DNA of 64,000 nucleotides, taken from Malacoraja senta (lineage: Eukaryota). The position numbers and the translations under genes are program-made. Each line of letters opens with the position of its first letter. Within the stretch, counting starts at the first letter, position 1. The notes below the pieces were generated by a model. The model saw only the letters and a program-made list of their open reading frames with translations. It made no database searches and was not told where the DNA came from. Shown one piece after another: positions 13,143 through 26,720 of this stretch. The stretch is taken from assembly GCA_038087875.1 (NCBI GenBank), contig CM075998.1, forward strand, positions 5,210,001 to 5,274,000, written 5' to 3'.

Positions 13143-14085
13143 ACAGATTTGCAGGCTAATTGGCTTTGGCCAGAATTGTAAAATTGTCCCTAGTGTGGGC
13201 AGGACAGTGTTAGTGTGCGGGGGGATCGCTGGTCGGCACGGACTCGGTGGGCCGAAGGGCCTGTTTCTGAAGTCTAAAAGAAATGAATGCAAAAATACTT
13301 TATCTTCTCCATGGAAGCAGATCCACTTGAGATGCCGACTTTTTTTTGCAATATAACAGTTCAGAGCAGCTATGCCAGTAAAGATCATGAACTTCGGTGA
13401 CAAGTAGACAATGTTGGAATTTCCATTCATTCCCTCAGTGATTTAGAAATGAATATAATATCAATTTCACCCCATCACCAAAGACTTTAATGAAAGCAAC
13501 ATTCAGGTGTCTTAAAATGAAAGTGCATTGCCTTTTGAATATATCTGTTGCAGCAGCTTGCAGACTTTGAAAGTATTTTAATGGCATCTTTAAGTTTAAA
13601 ATTGGTGTCAAGATGGTTAAACAACCTGCCACGTTTCATACAGGAGCAGAATGAGGCCATTCGGCCCATCGAGTCTACTCCGCCATTCGATCATGGCTGA
13701 TCTATCTCTCCCTCCCAACCCCATTCTCCTGCCTTCTCCCCATAACCTTTGACGCCCGTACTAATCAAGAATCAATCTCTGCCTTAAATATATCCATATC
13801 CATTGACTTGGCCCCCACAGCCGTCTGTGGCAATGAATTCCGCAGATCCACCATCCCTTGAAGGAAATTCCTCCTCATCTCCATTCCGAAGGGACGTCCT
13901 TTAATTCTGGGGCTGTGCCCTCTGGTCCTGGACTCTCCCACTGGTGGAAACATCCTCTCCACATCCCTCTATCCAGGCCTTTCACTATTCGATTGTTATG
14001 ACTGAATTTGACAATTTGGGAGCGTTGTAAAAGTAATCAGAAAAGATCATTTGCAGGTGAGTGTCTTGAAAATAAATGTCTCTGA

Positions 14086-14358
<273 letters not shown>

Positions 14359-15959
14359 TAAGTAATTTTTAATCAGTGGGTTATTGGAGATTTTTTGAAA
14401 ATATTGTGCTCTTATAATGGCTCAAATGTGTAACTAATTTGATGTTTTGATCTGCATGCAACTATTTTAAGTTGTCATCTGGCATAAATTTTAACATACG
14501 CATCTTAACTTTTAATTACTGTACAAGGCTATGTTCGTCAGCCTTAATTTACAATAAGGCAGCTTTCCCATCCCTCCAAATTTGAGGGCTGCGGATAATG
14601 ATGTGTGTTGATTATTAAAATAAGCCGAGATTATCAGTTATGATCCTTGAAGTTGCCACGCCTGACTAATGCTAGTATTGACGTTAGCTCTGTTATATGG
14701 ATCTAATTTTGCTCGACAGGATTTCTGTTGAACTAAACTGAACTTGGAAAAGCTAGAGGTGCTCATCAAGACGTAAAGGTTATAATATTTAATACAAATA
14801 ACGCAAAGATGTTCTAGCAACCTGCACAGTTATGGTGATACAGGTGATGACGTTACTCATCAATCTGAATATATTTACCCAGCCATATGAACATTGATTT
14901 TTCTAACTTCAAGTAATCCTTGCATCTTTCCGTCCCTCCCCCACCCTAGTCACCATACCTAGTCTCATTGTCGTGCTGTTGAGTTTCGCTCTCGGTGCAA
15001 CTCGTTATCACCTACCCCACAGCCAACAATGGGACCATTGTGGGCTCTACCTTTCCTTGATCATCGTTGCATATCTTTCATTCATTTGTGCCATGCACCT
15101 TCTATAGCTCCTCCCTCTCCCCCGACTCTCAGTCTGAGGGAGGTTCTCGACCCAAAACGTCACCCATTCCTTTTCCCCAAAGATGTGCCTGACCCGCTGA
15201 GTCACTCCAGCTTTTTGGGTCTTCTGTTTTGAGTGTCATTTTTATTGCAGTGCTGGAGTGTGCTTCATTGCTGAGAGTTGACATTGCATTCATTTGCTGC
15301 CACTAATCTATTGATAACTGTGGAGGCAGAAGAGACTGCAGATGCTGGAATCTGTGGCCTCGTTGATAACTCCGTCCAATTCTGTTGAAAATATCTGGCG
15401 CGGAAAATCCATCAGTCTGTATCTCCGATAATTTCAGTTGCTAAACACCTTTAAGACCGAAAATGAATTATTAACATGTCTTATTCGAACATCTGATGTT
15501 GTGGAGATAATGTCAGCACTGTTCTCAGCAAAAGGAATAATCACAATTGTTAACCCTTTGAGTGCTGATCTGGAGTATTGCACCATGCAGGATTTTGAAC
15601 TTATTCTTTGTCCACAAGAATGATTCTTTGCTTTGTAAAAGGGAACATAATTTTGATCATAACTTGTGTGGAATGGATGCACACAGCTTAAGTAACAGCA
15701 TCTATTTTGCATCAAACTTTTCCTGGTTACACTTCAATGTGAAAACGCAGGACATCCAAGTGATTTAACCCTTGATTAACTGACCGCCTGCCAATGCCTG
15801 GTGTTTGAACAAGTGCCTTCCTTTTCAATTCTTCTTTCTGTTCCTGTGGCTTTGATGTATACAAGCATCTCGCCAAAGGGGCTTAAAACAAGGGGGAGGC
15901 CATTATGAATCACAAACAGAGTTGTGGAAATAGAAATTTGCCATTGCAAGCAATTCGTT

Positions 15960-16400
15960 AGTTCATAAGTTACAGGAGCAGAATTAGGCCATTCGGCCCA
16001 TCAAGTCTGCTCCGCCATTCAATCATGGCTGATCTATCTCTCCCTCTCAACCCCATTCTCCTGCCTTCTCCCCATAACCCCTGACACCCGTACTAATCAA
16101 GAACCTATCTATCTCCGCCTTAGAAATATCCATTGACTTGGCCTCCACAGCCGTCTGTGGCAATGAATTCCACAGATTCACCACCCTCTGACTAAAGAAA
16201 TTCCTCCCCATCTCCTTTTTAAAGGTACGTCGTCCTTTTATCCTGAGGCTGTGCCCTCTGGTCCTAGACTCTCCCACTAGTGGAAACATCCTCTCCACAT
16301 CCACTCTATCCAAGTCTTTCACTATTCAGTAAGTTTCAATGCGGTTCCCCCCTCATTCTTCTAAACTCCAGCGAGTACAGGCCCAGTGCCGACAAACACT
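15960..16400 (-). mobile_element. CR1-like LINE 3' fragment
   Basis: ORF 16047..16322. Confidence 0.85.
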
Positions 16401-17302
16401 CCTTCTAAACGGGTCCAGTTTGCAAGAAGATCACCGTGAATGCAGACATTGGGTTGAACTACTACTGAATATCAATGAAACCAAAACAGATTCAACAGAG
16501 TTTAACAATGCTGAGCAAAACCTCAACTGAGCTTTAAAGGCCTATTTTAATACTTCCTATTAGAAAGGGTTTTTATTATGGCCAAGAAAAGGACAAATAC
16601 ACTAAACTACACTAAATTCAAAGTCAAAAGGAAGAGTAGGTATTTTGATATAACCTCACTTGAGACCATGTCAGAGAGAGTTGTGGCAGAGAGGGTGGCA
16701 CAGAGCATCGCAGTGGCAGAGAGAGTCGCAGTGGCAGAGAGAGAGTGGCGTCATCGAGAATTACAGAGAGTCACAGAGTGATACAGTGTGGAAACAGGCC
16801 CTTCGGCCCAACTTGCCCACCCCGGCCAACATGTCCCCGCTACACTGGTCCCACCCGCCCGCGTGAGGCAGTGTAGTCCTGATTTTTAAACTCTTCACCA
16901 TCGCCAGTCCTCGGTCCATCAGTCCCCTGGTGAGAGCTGGTTCAGGGCCTCAGGGGCCAGGTGTGGCCTTCACCTGAACACAGGCTGTTTAATGGGTCAA
17001 TGTTATCCTTGCTAAGATCACTGATCTTTGGGCTGGAGATCCTTGTAAGCTGAAAGGCTTTGGGTTTATAATTGTCTTGTGCCGAGGTACAGTGAAAAAC
17101 GTTGCTGTGCATGCGATCCAAGCAGATAGAGTACACTATGCATAAATGCAATCAAGTCAAACTCAAGTCTATTAGTTAGTGCAGGATCTAGTTCTCAGCA
17201 TTGTAGCGCATCAGTTCCAGAGACAAAGTCCAATGTCCGCAATGGGGTCGAGGTGAATCGGACAGTACCCTAGCTTGTGGAGGGCCGTTCAGAAGCCTGA
17301 TA

Positions 17303-17772
17303 ACCATATAACCATATAACAATTACAGCACGGAAACAGGCCATCTCGACCCTTCTAGTCCGTGCCGAACACGTATTCTCCCCTAGTCCCATCTACCTGC
17401 GCTCAGACCATAACCCTCCATTCCTTTCCCGTCCATATAACTATCCAATTCATTTTTAAATGATAAAAACGAACCTGCCTCCACCACCTTCACTGGAAGC
17501 TCATTCCACACAGCCACCACTCTCTGAGTAAAGAAGTTCCCCCTCATGTTACCCCTAAACTTCTGTCCCTTAATTCTCAAGTCATGTCCCCTTGTTTGAA
17601 TCGTCCCTACTCTCAGTGGGAAAAGCTTATCCACGTCAACTCTGTATATCCTCTCATCATTTTAACGACCTCTATCAAGTCCCCTCTTAACCTTCTGCGC
17701 TCCAAAGAATAAAGACCTAACTTGTTCAAACCTTTCTCTGTAACTTAGTTGCTGAAACCCAGGCAACATTCT
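17303..17772 (-). mobile_element. CR1-like LINE of a distinct subfamily nested in a Rex1-like fragment
   Basis: ORF 17383..17634 with a different tail repeat; the Rex-like sequence resumes near 17775. Confidence 0.75.
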
Positions 17773-18409
17773 AGTAACAGAGGGGAAGAAGCTGTTCCTG
17801 AGTCTGGTGGTGCGGGGCTTTCAAGCTTCTGTACCTTCTGCCGGTCGGGAGCGGGGAGAAGAAGGAATGACCGGGGTGGGACAAGTTTAGTCAGAGATAC
17901 AGCGCAAAAACAATTTTCACCAAAGCCCATTAACCTACAAACATGTACAGTACGTTTAGTTTAGAGATACAGGGCGGACACAGGCCCTTCGGCCCACCGA
18001 GTCCGCGCCGACCAGCGATCCCCGCACACTAACACTATCCTACACACACTTGGGCCAATATACATTTATAACCAAGCCAGCTAGCCTACAAACCTGCGCG
18101 TCTTCGGAGTGTGGGAGGAAACCGGAGCACCCGGAGAAAGCCCACGCAGGTCACGGGGAGAACGTGCAAACTCCGCACAGACGGCACCCGAGGCCGGGAT
18201 CGAATGTAGTTCTCAGCATTGTAGCAGGAAGAATGGAGCAGCGAGAAGGGAACTTTCCCTAGAGAGTTAGTCGAGCTCATAGCTCGTCAGGAAACAACAA
18301 CAAAATGGACCCAGGCGACAGGTCTATACCAAGCGATTATTTGATGAACTGAACACATTTCTCTTGAAAATTTGTGATGGATAGTATATAACAAACATTT
18401 TACACACAC

Positions 18410-18655
18410 GTTTAAGAAAGAACTGCAGATGCTGGAATAATCGAAGGTGGACAAAAATGCTGGAGAAACTCAGCGGGCGAGGCAGCATCTATGGAGCGAC
18501 GGAATAGGCAACGTTTCGGGTCGAGACCCTCCAGGGTCTCGACCCAAAACGTCGCCTATTCCTTCGCTCCATAGATGCTGCCTCACCCGCTGAGTTTCCT
18601 TCGCTCCATAGACGCTGCCTCACCCGCTGAGTTTCTCCAGCATTTTTGTCTACCT
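18410..18655. mobile_element. Penelope-derived fold-back element
   Basis: Inverted pLTR arms around 18530-18535, with an internal partial duplication. Confidence 0.75.
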
Positions 18656-19509
18656 TTTACTAACATGCACGGCCTTTACAAAGACACGTTGCAGCACTTT
18701 GCAACGGCTGAGTAAGGAAGAAAATGGAAGGAAAGCTTTCCTCTAAATACTATTTCTAGTAAGAATATTCTGCGTGGTCTGATTTTTGTTGTAATTAACC
18801 AGGCAATTTCGCCCCTACTCATAGGCTTGCATATATATTGTTCCACGAATTAAGTATAGCAATTGGGCCAAATACATGGTTGGTGGCCGTGAATTTAGAA
18901 TAAATAGACATCTTTAGATGTCGAATGACGCGGCATGTTGGGAAAAAGCGCTGTTTTTGATTCATTATGGAATCAGCTTGCCCCAGAAATCTAAATCATA
19001 GCACACTAGGAAATTTGCCATCTCCCTTGTTTTTTAGTTTAGTTTCCAGATATTGGCCCTTCGGCCCACCGAGTCCGCGCCAACCAGCGATCCCCGCACA
19101 CCAGCGCTATCCTGCACGCACCAGGGACAATTTGTGGGGGAAACCGGAGCACCCGGAGAAAAGCCACGCGGGTCATGGGAGAAGGTACAAACTCCGTACA
19201 GCCAGCACCCGTAGTCAGGATGGAACTGGGGTCTCTGCGCTGCAAGCGCTGTAAGGCAGCAACTCTACCGCTGCGCCACCGTGACCGCCCGTTTTAGAGG
19301 ATGTTCGATCTTCTTTGCACTTCAACCTTGCTGCTAGAAACGTAGAAAATAGGTGAAGGAGTAGGCCCTTCAAGCCAGCATCGCCGTTCAATGTGATCAT
19401 GGCTGATCATATTGCAGTGCAGGATCGAGGTTTACACTCGGCTTTCTGAGATTGCTATTGCTTGATCTCTCTGCCACATCTCGCAGTGCGCAGGAGTTTG
19501 CCCAACTCC

Positions 19510-19772
19510 GCGACAAAGGTTCCCCACCCGAAATATCGCCGGTCTGAAGAAAGGTCCCGAGCCGAAATGTTGTCGGACTGAAGAAGGGTCCCGACCCAAA
19601 ATGCCACCAGTCTGAAGGAGGGTCCCGACCTGAAATGTCACAGGACTGAAGAAGGGTCCCGATCTGAAACGGCACCTGTCCACTTCCTCCACGGATGCTG
19701 ACTGACCCGATTCCGTTCCTCCAACACTTTGTGTTTTTGCTCAGGTTCCAGCATCTGTCGTCACTTGCATCT
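19510..19772 (+). repeat. Degenerate tandem array of about four ~35-bp hammerhead-like units plus a PLE tail
   Basis: Repeated ctgaagaagggtcccgaccc-gaaa-like units at 19544-19675. Confidence 0.65.
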
Positions 19773-20009
19773 CCGAGATTTCATCTGCATTTCCTTCGAC
19801 CCACGGCAATGGCCCGAGTGGGTGTGGGGGGGCCTCCCCCAAATGAGACCAACCCCCCCGTCCACGTTCTGGGAGGGGTACCAGGCCTATTGTCCTGGAG
19901 AGATTCCGTGATGCCATCCATTCTCATCTTTTCTTGGCCGCCTACCCCCTTCCTCCCCAGCCTCCTTACTGTGAGTATCCATTCATCCAGGTGCAAGATG
20001 GAGCAAGCT

Positions 20010-20316
20010 GGCCACGGTGGCGCAGCGGTAGAGTTGCTGCCTCACAGCGCCAGAGACCCAGGCTCGATCCTGACTACGGGTGCTGTCTATACAGAGTTTG
20101 CACGTTCTCCCCGTGACCTGTGTGGGTTTTCTCCGAGATCTTCGGTTTCCTCCCACACTCCAAAGACGTGCAGGTTTGTAAGTTAATTGGCTTGGTGTAG
20201 GTGTAAATTGTCCCGTGTGTGTGTGTCAGATGGTGTTAGTGTGCGGGGATCGCTGGTCGGCACGGACTCGGTGGGCTGAAGGGCCTGTTTCCGCGCTGTA
20301 TCTCCAAACTAAACTA
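20010..20316 (+). mobile_element. HE1-like V-SINE, near full length
   Basis: ggccacggtggcgcagcggtagagttgc head through the ctaaactaaa-like tail. Confidence 0.85.
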
Positions 20317-22059
20317 CAAAAAAAGATCCCTCTGGAAGCAAAAAAAATGTGTTCCCTGTATTGTGAAGTGTTCCATAAGGAGCTGCCAATACTAATCGGC
20401 CCTGCTGGGTAATGGGTTGAGAATTACAAGATGCATGTTCAGAGACACAGACAGTACAGACAGCACCCGTAGAACATAGAATCATAGATAATAAGTGCAG
20501 GAGGAGGCCATTCGGCCTTCGAGCCAGCACCGCCATTCATTGTGATCATGGCTGATCGTCCCCTATCAATAACCTGTGCCTGCCTTCTCCCCATATCCCT
20601 TGACTCCACTAGCCCCTGGAGCTCTATCTAACTCTCTCTTAAATCCATCCAGTGACTGGCCTCCACTGCCCTCTGTGGCAGGGAATTCCACAAATTCACA
20701 ACTCTCTGGGTGAAAAATTTTTTCTCACCTCAGTCGTACGTGACCTCCCGTAGTCGGATCGAACCCGGCTCTAGGAGAACATGGCCCCCTGAGTTACTCC
20801 AGCACTCTGTGAAACGTCACCTATCCATGTTCTCCACAGATGCTGCCTGACCCGTTGAGTTACTCCAGCACTCTGTGGCTACTCTCAAGTTGAAAATGTT
20901 TTTGCACAAAGTGAGACCTATTCTTTGGTGTCATTTTGAAAATTAAAGGCGGTTGGCGATCAGAATCTCAAAGCTGAAGAATTTCACCAACAGCTGCCAA
21001 AAGAAGTTTTATTGGAAACATTTTCAGCAGAATAATATCAGGAATAGTTATAAAAAGGAAATGGCGGATGCTTGGGAGGTTGGCGGAAGGAAGAACCTTT
21101 GCATGAAACAAATAATATGGAAGGATTGCGAAGATGGCTTGGTGGAAAATCTGATTGATGAGGAAGACAAGATTTGTAAACACAGCGGTAGAGTTGCTGC
21201 CTCACAGCGCCGGAGTCCCGGGTTCAATCCGATTACGGGTGCTGTCTGTACGGAGTTTGTGCCTTGTCCCCGTGTGATTTCTCCGAGATCTTCAGTTTCC
21301 TCCCACACTCCAAAGACGTCCAGGTTTGGGGGCTAAAATGCTTGGTATAAATGTAAATTGTCCCTAGTGTGTGTGTGTGTGTGTAGGATAGTGTTAATGC
21401 ACAGGGATTGTTGGTCTGCACGGACTCGGTGGGCCGAAGGGCCTGTTTCCGTGCTGTGTCTCCAAATTAAACTGAACACAATTACTTTCCAATTGTAGGT
21501 TCAGCTACCAAGTCCCATTAACAAACATTTTAGGCCCCGCAGCCTGGAAACAGGCTCTTCGGCCCACTGAATCCTCACCGGCCATCGTTCACACTAGTTT
21601 TATGTTATCCCACCTTCATATCCACTCCTACACACCAGGGGCCATTTACAGAAGCCATTTAACCCACAAAACCTGCACGTCTTTAGAATGAGGGAGGAAA
21701 CCGAAGCACCCAGAGAAAACCAACATGGTCACAGGGAGAACGTGCAAACTCCACCCAGGCAGCAACTGAGGTTAGGTTTGAACCGGGTCTCTGGTGCTGT
21801 GAGGCAGCAGCTCTACCCGCTGTGCCACCGTGCCGCCTTTGAAGTTCAGGACAATAGTGTCACAATATAGAGATTTTTGAACTGCCACTGATGTATTGCA
21901 TTTAATATTATTTAAGTTTATTTACCTTCAGTGCTTAATTTGGGAAAATAAGATGCCAATGAAAATATATCATAGCCAAACTTCCGAGAATCAAGTGTAA
22001 ACACGTAGGAATCCTCCAACATCTTAGATAGATTTTTACTTCGTCAGCCGGCGCATAAA

Positions 22060-22945
22060 ACACATAACCCTCCGACATTTCCGCCACCTCCAACGGGATC
22101 CCACTACTGGCCACACCTTCCCATCTCCACCCCTTTCCACCTTCCGCAGAGACCGTTCCCTCCGCAGCTCCCTGGTCAACTCAACCCAAACCATCCTCTC
22201 CCCAGGTACTTTCCTCTGCAACCGCAGAAGATGCAACACCTGTCCCTTTACCTCCCCACCCTCGACTCCATCCAAGGACCCCGACAGTCTTTCCAGGTGA
22301 GGCAGAGGTTCACCTGCACCTCCTCCAACCACATCTACTGTATCCGCTGTTCCAGGTGTCAACTTCTCTACATCGGCGAGACCAAGCGCAGGCTCGGCGA
22401 TTGTTTTGCTGAACACCTCCGCTCAGTCCACCTGGACCCACCTGATCTCCTGGGTGCTAAACACTTTAATTCTCCTTCCCATTCCCACACTGACCTTTCT
22501 GTCCTAGGCCTCTTCCCATTGTCAGGGTGAGGTTAAACGCAAATTGGAGGAACAGCATCTCATATTTCGCTTCGGCACCTGACAGCCCAGTGGTATGAAT
22601 ATTGATTTCTCTCACTTCAATTAACCCCTGCATTCCCTCTCTCTCCATCCATCCCCCACCCAAGTCGCACCAACTTCTCGTTCTCACCTAGCAAACAGCT
22701 GACAATGGCCTGTTTCCTTTATCATCGTTACTTTTTTGCATATCTTTCATTCATTGTTCTTTATCTCTCTACATCACCGTCTATATCTCTCGTTTCCCTT
22801 TTCCCTAACCAGTCTGAAGAAGGGTCTCGACCCGAAACGTCACCCAATCCTTCTCTCCAGAGATGCTGCCTGTCCCGCTGAGTCACTCCAGCATTTTGTG
22901 TCTATCTTTGGGATAAACCAGCACCTGCAGTTCCTTCCTACACAC
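22060..22945 (+). mobile_element. Penelope-like element 3' fragment: GIY-YIG endonuclease remnant plus pLTR with hammerhead motif
   Basis: HIYCIRCSRCQLLYIGETKRRLGDCFAEHLRSV (GIY-YIG) in ORF 22231..22530; core CTGAAGA at 22814. Confidence 0.88.
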
Positions 22946-23357
22946 TCCTCCAACATCTTGTTGGATGTTTCAAACATTGCTTCATTGCACCGTTTGGCTT
23001 CCGATCTTGGTAGCTGAATTCTTCAAAGCAAAAATGAGACACCGCTATCTTAGCTTGGAGAGACGATAGATGAACAGATGTGGTGTAGACCACGGTTGGC
23101 ATATTCAAGCATTCAAGAACATGTATGGCACATTGACTTAATTCTCCCAGAGCCCAGATTCATTTTTCCCTTCTTGAGAAGGGACTATGGCCATTAAATA
23201 TGTGTTAAATATTAAATCATGGGTGTTTAGTTCAGACATACAGGCCCACCGAGTCCGTGCCGACCATCGATCACCCGCTCACACTAGTTCTGTGTTATCC
23301 ACTTTCTCATCTACTCCCTACGCACTAGGGGGCAATTTACAGAGGGCCCGATTCTCC

Positions 23358-23545
23358 TACATAACCCTCCGACATTTCCGCCACCTCCAACGGGATCCCA
23401 CTACTGGCCACACCTTCCCATCTCCACCCCTTTCCACCTTCCGCAGAGTCCGTTCCCTCCGCAGCTCCCTGGTCAACTCGTCCCTTCCCACCCAAACCAC
23501 CCCCCTCCCCAGGTACTTTCCTCTGCAACCGCAGAAGATGCGACA
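23358..23545 (+). mobile_element. Second Penelope fragment, nested in a SINE
   Basis: Near-identical to 22062-22235. Confidence 0.75.
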
Positions 23546-24228
23546 TCTTTAGGATGTGGGAAGAAACCGCGCGGTCACAGGAGAACGTGCAAACTCCACT
23601 CCACACGCACACACAGGCAGCACCCGAGGTCAGGATTGAACCTGGGCCTCTGGTGCTGCGAGGCAGCGGCTCTACCAGCTGCGCCACCGTGTGCAAAAGG
23701 CGTCGGGGAGGATCACTGAGCCAGTTTGAGTTTTGGAAACTGAGGGCCATTGTAATGGTTAAAAAGTTTGATGACGTTGACGCTGGGGGAAGAGGGACTG
23801 GATCCATCGGGGCTTATCACCGTTAGTTGAACGGTAGACTGACTCTGGCACCACACCGTTAGTTAAATGATGGGCTGCAAGGATGGAGGGCTCGTGGGTG
23901 AGTGTCGATTACCTCCTGATCCACAGTCATCAATTAAAGAGATTATTGAGGACTAAACCCTTGAGACGTTGCTATAAACTGTCACTACAGATGAATTGTA
24001 TAGCATTAAACAGACAATCGATTGTCAGGATACCTCCAGAGGAGGCAACTGTGGATTCAAAATCTTGGCAAACCGTTTCTTTGTGGAAAAAGAATCGATC
24101 ATGCTTTCTAGACAATACATTTGAAGATAAAAGTGATTTCTGATTTCTGCATTCCAAATTTTGTCTCAAATATATAAAAGGGGTCGGCGAATTTTCTCTC
24201 TGACCAGTGACATAAAAACATAGACAAC

Positions 24229-24576
24229 AATAATAATAATAATAATGGATGGGATTTATATAGCGCTTTCGAATACTCAAGGCGCTTTACATCGCATTAT
24301 TCATTCACTCCTCAGTCACACTCGGTGGTGGTGAGCTACTTCTGTAGCCACAGCTGCCCTGGGGCAGACTGACGGAAGCGTGGCTGCTAATCTGCGCCTA
24401 CGGCCCCTCCGACCACCACCACTCACTCACACACATTCACACACACATTCACACGCAGGCAAAGGTGGGTGAAGTGTCTTGCCCAAGGACACAACGACAG
24501 TATGCACTCCAAGCGGGATTCGAACCGGCTACCTTCCGGTTGCCAGCCGAACACTTAGCCCATTGCGCCATCTGTC
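24229..24576 (-). mobile_element. tRNA-derived CORE-like SINE with an L2-type 3' tail and (TAT)n end
   Basis: Minus strand: A box, B box GGTTCGAATCC, gtgtccttgggcaagacactt CORE-like block, aaagcgctatataaat tail. Confidence 0.7.
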
Positions 24577-24871
24577 CTAGGCCTTACGCCATCTGCATAG
24601 GTGCAGGGGGAGGCCATTCGGCCCTTCGAGCCATTCAATGTGATCATGGCTGATCGTCCCCAATCAGTACCCCATTCCTGCCTTCTCCCCATATCCTTGA
24701 CTGCACTGAACAGGAACAAAGTGTGTCTGTGATGGCATGAGTTAAACAAGGAAAACCAAATGGCTGTTGTTATTTGTTTAAGATAACGTTGCTTTCTGAC
24801 TGGTGCGATTTGTTGCCAAGGTACTCAAAGGGTTAAAAGATAACCCAAATAACTGTGATTTAATTCTGCAG

Positions 24872-24963
24872 GTATGTAACAGAATTTGTAAACCTAGGCA
24901 ATGTTTCAGCTCTCCGCACTTTCAGGGTATTGAGAGCTTTGAAAACTATTTCTGTAATTCCAG
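24872..24963 (+). CDS. scn8a: Mutually exclusive exon 5N ([30 protein letters not shown]), DI S3-S4 voltage sensor, neonatal-type Asn
   Basis: 92 nt, ttctgcag acceptor, GTAAGA donor at 24964, S4 arginine repeat. Confidence 0.96.
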
Positions 24964-25067
24964 GTAAGACGTCCACGATCGGTGTTAGGTGTTGCATAGG
25001 CCCCATGTGTACCTCCAGTTGTTTTGTGTCTTGTCATTGTGTTTGTATGTGACCTCCCTCATTGCAG

Positions 25068-25184
<117 letters not shown>

Positions 25185-25243
25185 TGACTTCCCCCCCCCC
25201 CCCCCCACCGTCATTGTACACCTATATCTTTTGACACACCTGT

Positions 25244-25249
25244 TGCATG
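25244..25249 (+). promoter_or_regulatory. Candidate Rbfox splicing element TGCATG downstream of exon 5A
   Basis: Exact UGCAUG about 85 nt after the 5A donor. Rbfox proteins are known to regulate Scn8a exon 5 splicing in mammals. Confidence 0.5.
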
Positions 25250-25686
25250 ATCAACTCATCGGCTCACTTGCTTTGCGGCACCTGTGAAAATGTTATCATT
25301 TTGACCGGTTGGTTTTCCTAAAGTAAGTATCCTGCTGCTTGATTTCACCGAAAATGCACATGAACCTTTTTATTTAAATATTGGGAAGAATCAAAGGTTT
25401 TAAGAACCTGATCCGAAAATAAGCTTGTGGAAGCATGTTTTTTTGGCTTCGGTACTTTGAGCTAAGTCTGGTAAAACTCAATCTGGTAAAACTCCACATA
25501 GAGCACAGGAACAGGCCCTTCGGCCCAACTTGCCCACACCGGCCAACATGTCCCATCTACACTAGTCCCACCTGCCCGCGTTTGGTCCATATCCCTCCAA
25601 ACCTGTCCTATCCATGTACCTGTCTTAACTGTTTCTTAAACATTGGGGTAGTCCCAGCCTCAACTACCCCCTCTGGCAGCTCGTTC

Positions 25687-25886
25687 NNNNNNNNNNNNNN
25701 NNNNNNNNNNNNNNNNNNNNNNNNNNNNNNNNNNNNNNNNNNNNNNNNNNNNNNNNNNNNNNNNNNNNNNNNNNNNNNNNNNNNNNNNNNNNNNNNNNNN
25801 NNNNNNNNNNNNNNNNNNNNNNNNNNNNNNNNNNNNNNNNNNNNNNNNNNNNNNNNNNNNNNNNNNNNNNNNNNNNNNNNNNNNNN
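25687..25886. other. Assembly gap (200 N), probably unsized and hiding coding exons 6 and 7
   Basis: Exactly 200 N, flanked by different LINE fragments. No exon 6/7 sequence was seen between 25159 and 29174. Confidence 0.9.
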
Positions 25887-25929
25887 AAGGAACGGTGCTG
25901 AAAGATTCACAAGTATGTTGCCGGCCACA

Positions 25930-26720
25930 GTTCACAAGTTCACAAGTTATAGGAGTAGAATCCGGCCATTCGGCCCATCAAGTCCACTCCACCATTCAAT
26001 CATGGTCTCTGCCTCCTATTCCCATTTTCCTGCCTTCTCCCCATAACCCTTGACACCCGTACTAATCAAGAATTTGTGTATCTCTGCCTTAAAAATATCC
26101 ACTGACTTGTGACCTCCACAGCCGTCTGTGGCAATGAATTCCATAGATTCACCACCCTCTGACTAAAGAAATTCCTCCTCAACTCCTTTCTAACATAACG
26201 TCCTTTTATTCTGAGGCTGTGCCCTCTAGTCCTAGACTCTCCCACCAGTGGAAACATCCTCTCCACATCCACTCTATCCAGTCCTTTCATTATTCGGTAA
26301 GTTTCAATGAGGTCCCCCCCTAAACTCCAGCGAGCATTTGACGGCACTAGGCCCAGTGCCGTCAAACGCTCATCATTTGTTAACCCACTCATTCCCGGGA
26401 TCATTCTCGTCAACCTCCTCTGGACCCTCTCCAGAGCCAGCACATCCTTCCTCAGATATGGGGCCCAAAATTGTTCACAGTGCTCCAAATGTGACCTGAC
26501 CAGCGCCTTATTGAGCCTCAGCGTTACATCCCTGTTTTTGTATTCCAGTCCTCTTGATACAAATGCGAGCATTGAATTTGCCTTCTGTACTACCGACTCG
26601 ACTTGCAGAATATTTGTTTGGGAATCCTGCACCAGCACTCCCAGGTCCCTTTGCACCTCCGATTTCTGGATTCCCTCCCCATTTAGAAAATAGTCTGCGC
26701 CTTTATTCATATTACCAAAG
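25930..26720 (-). mobile_element. CR1-like LINE, ORF2 C-terminal 214 aa
   Basis: ORF 26066..26710 (RDLGVLV...LERVQRRLTRMIPG). Confidence 0.9.

Noticed and set aside
20010..20085. tRNA-like sequence with A and B boxes
   Set aside because: It is the head of a SINE that continues into the V-domain and tail, not a tRNA gene. The same applies to the other copies.
25435..26046. ORFs spanning the N run
   Set aside because: Artefacts of the assembly gap.
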